Source of the DNA: Planctomycetota bacterium
GTDB taxonomy: Bacteria > Planctomycetota > UBA8108 > SXIK01
Direction: 5' to 3'
Assembly: GCA_965223845.1 (NCBI GenBank)
Contig: CBDCXR010000004.1
Location: 2,880,001-2,944,000 of the forward strand
DNA length: 64,000 bases
Shown here: one piece after another, positions 59,134 through 64,000 of the stretch
Layout of the letters: the number at the start of each line of letters is the position of its first letter
How positions within the stretch are numbered: position 1 is the stretch's first letter
The notes under the pieces: generated by a model
The model's input: the letters and a program-made list of their open reading frames with translations, nothing else
What the model was told of the DNA's origin: nothing
Databases searched by the model: none
Made by a program: the position numbers and the translations under genes

Positions 59134-59799
59134 CGTTCTCCGGGGTCCCTCCTGCTTCACTTCCGGTCAGTTCACCGCGGCTGAGCCGCCGCCCGGCACG
59201 GCCGGGGCGAGCGCATTATAGCTCGAGTCGAGCCGCGCATCAGCGCGGCCAAGGCGCGAGGAGGGGACGGCTTGGGCTGCGAATGGCCGGTGGTCTCGGG
59301 CAGGGCATCGCCCCCCGGATCGCCCGGCCGTTCGACCTCCCCCAGCGAAAACTCCCTCACAGACGTCACACCCGTTCAGAGAATGCGACGCGATCTCGGG
59401 CTTCAGGTCGCTCGCCCCCTCGGCGCGAGCGACGTCGAGTATAGGCGGCCGAGGGATGGACGGTCAAACGGAGCGGCCGGACGGGGCCTTTGCGCCTTCT
59501 ATCACAGCGCGAAAATCACGCGAAACAGAGAGACCGACTGCACCGAACGAGGTACCATGGATCCTGGCCCGAAGTGTGGATCGAGGGTGTTTTAAGGAGC
59601 GGGCGGCCACGCGCGGTCGTTCGATCGGGTCCCACGGTACGCTCGTACCGAGCCAAGGCGCTCGCGGCGAGCCGGGTAATGATCGTCGACTTTCGTGTAC
59701 TCGCACGCGCGACGCCCCTTTCTAGTTCGACCGATTCGTATCGGATCGAACGGGCGCGCGGGCGCGTCCATCGGACGGAGCGAGTCGCCTCGGACCGAC

Positions 59800-59859
59800 G
59801 ACGGCAGGAACGTCGACGGCGGGAATGTCGACGGCAAGGACTCAGACGGACGGAATTCG
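59800..59859 (+). repeat. Four imperfect 15-bp tandem repeats upstream of the CotH gene
   Basis: GACGGCAGGAACGTC / GACGGCGGGAATGTC / GACGGCAAGGACTCA / GACGGACGGAATTCG. Confidence 0.55.
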
Positions 59860-59873
59860 CCGGGAGGTTTAGT

Positions 59874-62800
59874 GTGTACGCCAACCGTTTCACTCTTCGT
59901 CTATTTGTACTGACGCTCGGCCTGCTCACCGCGGGCACGACGCGCGGCGCGGACTTCGCGATCACCGAGTTCATGGCGGTGAACCGCGACGTGCTCGAGG
60001 ACGAGGACGGGGACTACAGCGACTGGGTCGAAGTCTACAACACGACGGATTCCGTCAAGAGTCTCGCCGGCTGGCATCTGACCGACGATCCGATGCGCCT
60101 CGACAAGTGGGCGTTTCCCGAAGTCGAGCTTGGACCGGGCGAGTTTCTCCTCGTGTTCGCATCGAGCAAGAACCGCCAAGATCCTTCGACCGAGCTCCAC
60201 ACCAACTTCCGGCTCGAGAAAGACGGGGAGTTCCTCGCGCTCGTCGAGCCGGACGCGGCCACGGTCGCGTCGGAGTTCACCGAGTTCCCGAAGCAGGTCC
60301 CGTACGCGTCGTACGGGTTTTCGATGGGGACGACCACGAGCTTCTTCGGGCTCGGCACCGAAGCGGCCTACCACGTACCGACGTCGGATGTCCTCGGTGA
60401 TCAGTGGGTCGCCCCGGAGTTCGGCGACGGCGAGTGGCCGCGCGGACCGCTTCCCATCGGATACGACCGGAAGTCGCGGCCGAGCTTCACTCCGTTCATC
60501 GCGACCGACATCCAGGAGCTCATGGATCGCGTCAGTTCGTCGGCCTACGTGCGGATCGCGTTCGACCTCCCGGCCGACGCGAGCTTCGACTCGCTCCTCC
60601 TCACCGCACGATTCGAGGACGCGATGGCCGTCTATCTCAACGGCGAGGAAATCCTCCGAGAGAACACCGAAGAGGGTCCCCTCACCTGGGAGAGTCAGGC
60701 CGACCGATCGCGGACCGACGCCGTGGCCCTCACGCCCGTTCAGTACGACCTCGCCCCCCACGCGGCGAAGCTCGTCGCCGGAACGAACATCGTCGCGATC
60801 CACGGCATCAACCGCAGCGCGTCGAACAGCGATTTCTTTCTCGAACCTGCACTCGAGGGAATCACGTTCGAAGGCGTCGCCGAACGGGGTTCCTACTTCA
60901 CGTCGCCCAGTCCCGGCTGGTTGAACGGAACCGGCGTCGCGGCGATCGCTCCCGAGCCCACGTTTTCTCGGGCGAGCGGCGCGTTCGTCGGGAGCTTCGA
61001 GCTCGTCCTCGAAACGGACGCCGAGGGAGGCGAGATCCGTTACACGACCGACGGCAGCGATCCGATCGCGAACTCGACGCTCTACTCCGGGCCGATCACG
61101 ATCGAGGACGCGGGCGAAGTGAGGGCGCGGGTGTATCTCGCCGATCACCTCCCGAGCCCGATCGTCTCGAGCAGCTACCTCGAGCTCCACGAGGCCGTCG
61201 CCGAGAACTCGTCCAATCTGCCGATCTTGATCGTCGACACCTTCCGAGGCGGCATTCAGGACGGAGCGCTCACCCCGGGCCACGCCCTCATGATCGACCT
61301 CGACGCCGAATCGGGCCGCGCGAAGCTGACCGACGCCGCCTCGCTGAGCCATTTCATCGGCATCAAGAAACGAGGCTCGAGCTCGCTCGGATTCCCGAAG
61401 AACAACTACGCGATGGAGCTCTGGGACGAGAATCGCGAGGACACGGACGAGTCGGTCCTCGGCATGGCGCCCGAGTCGGACTGGATTCTCCACGGTCCCT
61501 ACAGCGACAAATCGCTGATGCGAAACCAGCTGACGTACGAGTGGAGCAACCAGATCGGCCAGTGGGCGGTGAAGACACGCTTCATCGAGCTCTACTTGAA
61601 CGTGAACGGCGGCGAGGTCGCGGCGAACGACTACCACGGCGTCTACGTGTTCATGGAGAAGATCAAACGCGGAGAGGATCGCCTCGACATCGCGTCGCAA
61701 GATGAACGCGCGAGCACGGAGCCGGAGATCACGGGCGGCTACATCTTCAAGAACGACCGACCGGACCCGGGCGATCAGGGATTCCGAACGAGTCGACTCA
61801 CTCTCCGCTGGGTCTACCCGAAGGAACGCGAGGTCACGGCGGCCCAGCGCGCGTACGTGAACTCGTACTTTCGCGACTTTGAAGCCGCGCTCTACGGACC
61901 GGACTTCGCCGACCCCGAAGTCGGCTACCGGAAGTACATCGACACGACTTCGTTCATCGACCAGCACCTCCTCGTCGAGCTCTGCAAGAACATCGACGGC
62001 TACCGCCTGAGTACCTTCATGTTCAAGGATCGCGAAGGAAAGCTGAAGATGGGGCCGGCGTGGGACTACAACCTGAGCCTCAGGAACGCGAACTACAACA
62101 ACGGCTCCACGCCGACGGGTTGGTACTGGAGCATCTACGAGAACAGCATTCAGGAGTATCCGTGGTACGCACGGCTCTTCGACGACCCGGCGTTCAGTCA
62201 AGAGTACGCCGCGCGCTGGCTCGAGCTCCGCGGCGAGCACTGGACGAACGACTACCTCATCGGCACGGTCGACCGAAACACCGAGCTGCTCCAGGAGTCG
62301 TCCGTGCGCAACTTTCAGCGCTGGCGCATCCTCGGAAGCTACGTCTGGCCGAATCCGAATCCGCTCGCGCGGACGTTCAATCAGGAAGTCGACCTGATGA
62401 AGGAGTGGTTGGTCGCGCGGCTCCGCTGGATGGACTCGCAGCTCGTCCCGCCGCCTCTTCTCAGTCACCCGGGCGGCGTCGTCGAGCCGGGTTTCGAGCT
62501 GACGATCACTTCGCCGGGTGGGGACATCTACTACACGCTCGACGGAACGGATCCGCGCGGCTCGAATCGCGAGCCGAGCGAGAGCGCGATCCTCTACACC
62601 GGCGCTCTCACGATCAACGAGAACACGGTCGTTCGCGCCCGCGTGAAGCTCGGCGATCTCTGGAGCGGCCGCATGGCCGAAGGTGGCTACTTGACGGAGT
62701 TCCCGACCGTCGTCGTCTCCGAGTTCATGTATCACCCGGCACCGCCGGACGAGGGGAGTCCGTATTCCAAGTCGGACTTCGAGTTCATCGAAGTTCAAAA

Positions 62801-63497
62801 CGTCGGCTCAGAGGCGATCTCGCTCGCAGGACTCAAGTTCGGCGTACGCCCGGTGACGTTCGAGTTCCCCGATGTCGAGCTCCCGGCCGGTGGGTTCGGA
62901 GTCATCGCCAGGAACCCCGACGCCTTTCGGTCGCGCTACGGTGACGGCGCGACGATTCTCGGCGAGTTCGAGCGCGGGTCGCTCAGCGACTCGGGCGAGC
63001 CCTTCGAGCTCGAGTTCACCGGCGTGTTCATCGCCGAGTTTACCTACGACGACGAATGGTATCCCGAGACGGATGGCGGCGGCTATTCGCTCTCGCTGAA
63101 GAATCCGCTGGCGGCGCTCGGCCAAGACCTGAACGACCGAGAGCTCTGGAAAGCGAGCTCGGTCGAGCACGGCACGCCGGGCCTCCCCGATAGCGGTGAA
63201 GAACCGGCGGGCCTTCAGCGACCCAACGACTTCAACCAGGATGGGAAGCTCAACGTCACGGACGCGATCTCGCTCCTCGGACGCCTCTTCGGCTCGAGCA
63301 CGGCGCCGCTCCCCTGCAGCGGCGCGTCGATCGATTCCGGAGGAAACCTCGCGGTCTTCGATGCGAACGGCGACGGCGGCGTGAACCTGAGCGACGCGGT
63401 GTACTCGCTCCAGTACATGTTCGGGCGCGGTGCGCCGCACGCACTCGGGCGCGATTGCGTTCGGGTTGGCGGCTGCCCGGACGTCTGCACGGAGTAA
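59874..63497 (+). CDS. Secreted CotH-kinase protein with lamin-tail domains, chitobiase/Fn3-like domains and dockerin-like tail
   Basis: GGGAGG RBS + GTG, signal peptide, ITEFMA.N...DWVE.YN, RYTTDGSDP, RGSSS..FPK, DKSLMRN, GPAWDYN, DFNQDGKLNVTDA...DANGDGGVNLSDA. Confidence 0.9.
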   Translation: MYANRFTLRLFVLTLGLLTAGTTRGADFAITEFMAVNRDVLEDEDGDYSDWVEVYNTTDSVKSLAGWHLTDDPMRLDKWAFPEVELGPGEFLLVFASSKNRQDPSTELHTNFRLEKDGEFLALVEPDAATVASEFTEFPKQVPYASYGFSMGTTTSFFGLGTEAAYHVPTSDVLGDQWVAPEFGDGEWPRGPLPIGYDRKSRPSFTPFIATDIQELMDRVSSSAYVRIAFDLPADASFDSLLLTARFEDAMAVYLNGEEILRENTEEGPLTWESQADRSRTDAVALTPVQYDLAPHAAKLVAGTNIVAIHGINRSASNSDFFLEPALEGITFEGVAERGSYFTSPSPGWLNGTGVAAIAPEPTFSRASGAFVGSFELVLETDAEGGEIRYTTDGSDPIANSTLYSGPITIEDAGEVRARVYLADHLPSPIVSSSYLELHEAVAENSSNLPILIVDTFRGGIQDGALTPGHALMIDLDAESGRAKLTDAASLSHFIGIKKRGSSSLGFPKNNYAMELWDENREDTDESVLGMAPESDWILHGPYSDKSLMRNQLTYEWSNQIGQWAVKTRFIELYLNVNGGEVAANDYHGVYVFMEKIKRGEDRLDIASQDERASTEPEITGGYIFKNDRPDPGDQGFRTSRLTLRWVYPKEREVTAAQRAYVNSYFRDFEAALYGPDFADPEVGYRKYIDTTSFIDQHLLVELCKNIDGYRLSTFMFKDREGKLKMGPAWDYNLSLRNANYNNGSTPTGWYWSIYENSIQEYPWYARLFDDPAFSQEYAARWLELRGEHWTNDYLIGTVDRNTELLQESSVRNFQRWRILGSYVWPNPNPLARTFNQEVDLMKEWLVARLRWMDSQLVPPPLLSHPGGVVEPGFELTITSPGGDIYYTLDGTDPRGSNREPSESAILYTGALTINENTVVRARVKLGDLWSGRMAEGGYLTEFPTVVVSEFMYHPAPPDEGSPYSKSDFEFIEVQNVGSEAISLAGLKFGVRPVTFEFPDVELPAGGFGVIARNPDAFRSRYGDGATILGEFERGSLSDSGEPFELEFTGVFIAEFTYDDEWYPETDGGGYSLSLKNPLAALGQDLNDRELWKASSVEHGTPGLPDSGEEPAGLQRPNDFNQDGKLNVTDAISLLGRLFGSSTAPLPCSGASIDSGGNLAVFDANGDGGVNLSDAVYSLQYMFGRGAPHALGRDCVRVGGCPDVCTE

Positions 63498-63643
63498 GCG
63501 GGGGTCGGACGGCGGCAGTACCGGTGGCGAACTCGACGGCGAATGCCGGGGTTCGCCGCCGGTATTCGTCGTTCGAGGGGGAGCCTCCAAGACTCGATCG
63601 GTCACGAGGCGAAGAGAAAAACGTGAGCCGGAGGGAAGGCACA

Positions 63644-64000
63644 TTGACGAGGACGGCGAACCGCGCGGCAGTTTGGGGGATGTTCGTCGCAGTCGGGCTC
63701 GCGACGATCTCGAGCGCGTCGGCGCAAATCATCGTCACCGAGCTGATGGCGTCGAATCTCACCGTTCACACGGATGAGGACGGCGACTACTCCGACTGGG
63801 CGGAGTTTTACAACCCGACCGCCGTCGACGTCGACCTGAGCGGTTGGTACCTGACCGACGACGCCCTCCACCTCGACAAGTGGCGGTTCCCCGATGGCGT
63901 GACCCTCCCCGCCGGCGAGTTCCTCCTCGTGTACGCGTCGGACAAGGACAAGCGCGATCCCGGAAGCCCGCTCCACACGAACTTTCAACTCGAGACGGAC
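63644..64000 (+). CDS. Secreted lamin-tail-domain protein, 3'-partial (paralogous to the N-terminus of the preceding gene)
   Basis: TTG start after GGAGGG, signal peptide, IVTELMASN...DEDGDYSDWAEFYN...LSGWYLTDD...LHTNFQL. Confidence 0.85.
   Translation, partial: MTRTANRAAVWGMFVAVGLATISSASAQIIVTELMASNLTVHTDEDGDYSDWAEFYNPTAVDVDLSGWYLTDDALHLDKWRFPDGVTLPAGEFLLVYASDKDKRDPGSPLHTNFQLETD

Noticed and set aside
59901-62798. 965-aa antisense ORF, and similar long shadow ORFs at 2911..4560, 10385..12118, 33109..34752 and 40024..42021
   Set aside because: They mirror well-supported genes on the opposite strand, have no motifs, and are expected in high-GC DNA.
1-64000. Genome-wide UGA reassignment (code 4 or 25) as an explanation for the in-frame TGAs
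   Set aside because: Many complete genes end properly at TGA and Trp is encoded by TGG throughout. Only two TGAs interrupt domains.
1-64000. tRNA-Sec, selA/selB/selD, CRISPR arrays, transposases
   Set aside because: None recognisable in this window. The Sec machinery must lie elsewhere if the selenoprotein calls are right.

Overview
High-GC bacterial DNA, very rich in CG and TCGA, with a gene set typical of Planctomycetota: a PSD1/DUF1549-DUF1553 + DUF1501 pair, ASPIC-UnbV/FG-GAP proteins, sulfatase, ECF sigma/Ser-Thr kinase pair, and secreted proteins with dockerin-like tails. It holds about 40 genes. I saw no rRNA, tRNA, CRISPR array or transposase. The main hidden signal is two genes that the ORF track splits at an in-frame UGA. 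Each UGA is followed by a SECIS-like hairpin whose A-G-G sits at the same distance (+17..+19). One is a secreted TlpA-like thioredoxin with a U-G-P-C active site (46683..48074, minus). The other is a ~1284-aa membrane-anchored FG-GAP/ASPIC-UnbV + redoxin + TPR protein with the putative Sec in a non-thioredoxin context (14730..18584, plus). Other signals: a ~200-nt self-folding intergenic element whose ends recur elsewhere (MITE or ncRNA); four proteins with a shared dockerin-like tail plus a possible cohesin-like domain; a glutaminase with eukaryote-like ankyrin architecture; a decayed ECF sigma gene; and clear operator palindromes. All family calls come from motif recognition, not database searches.
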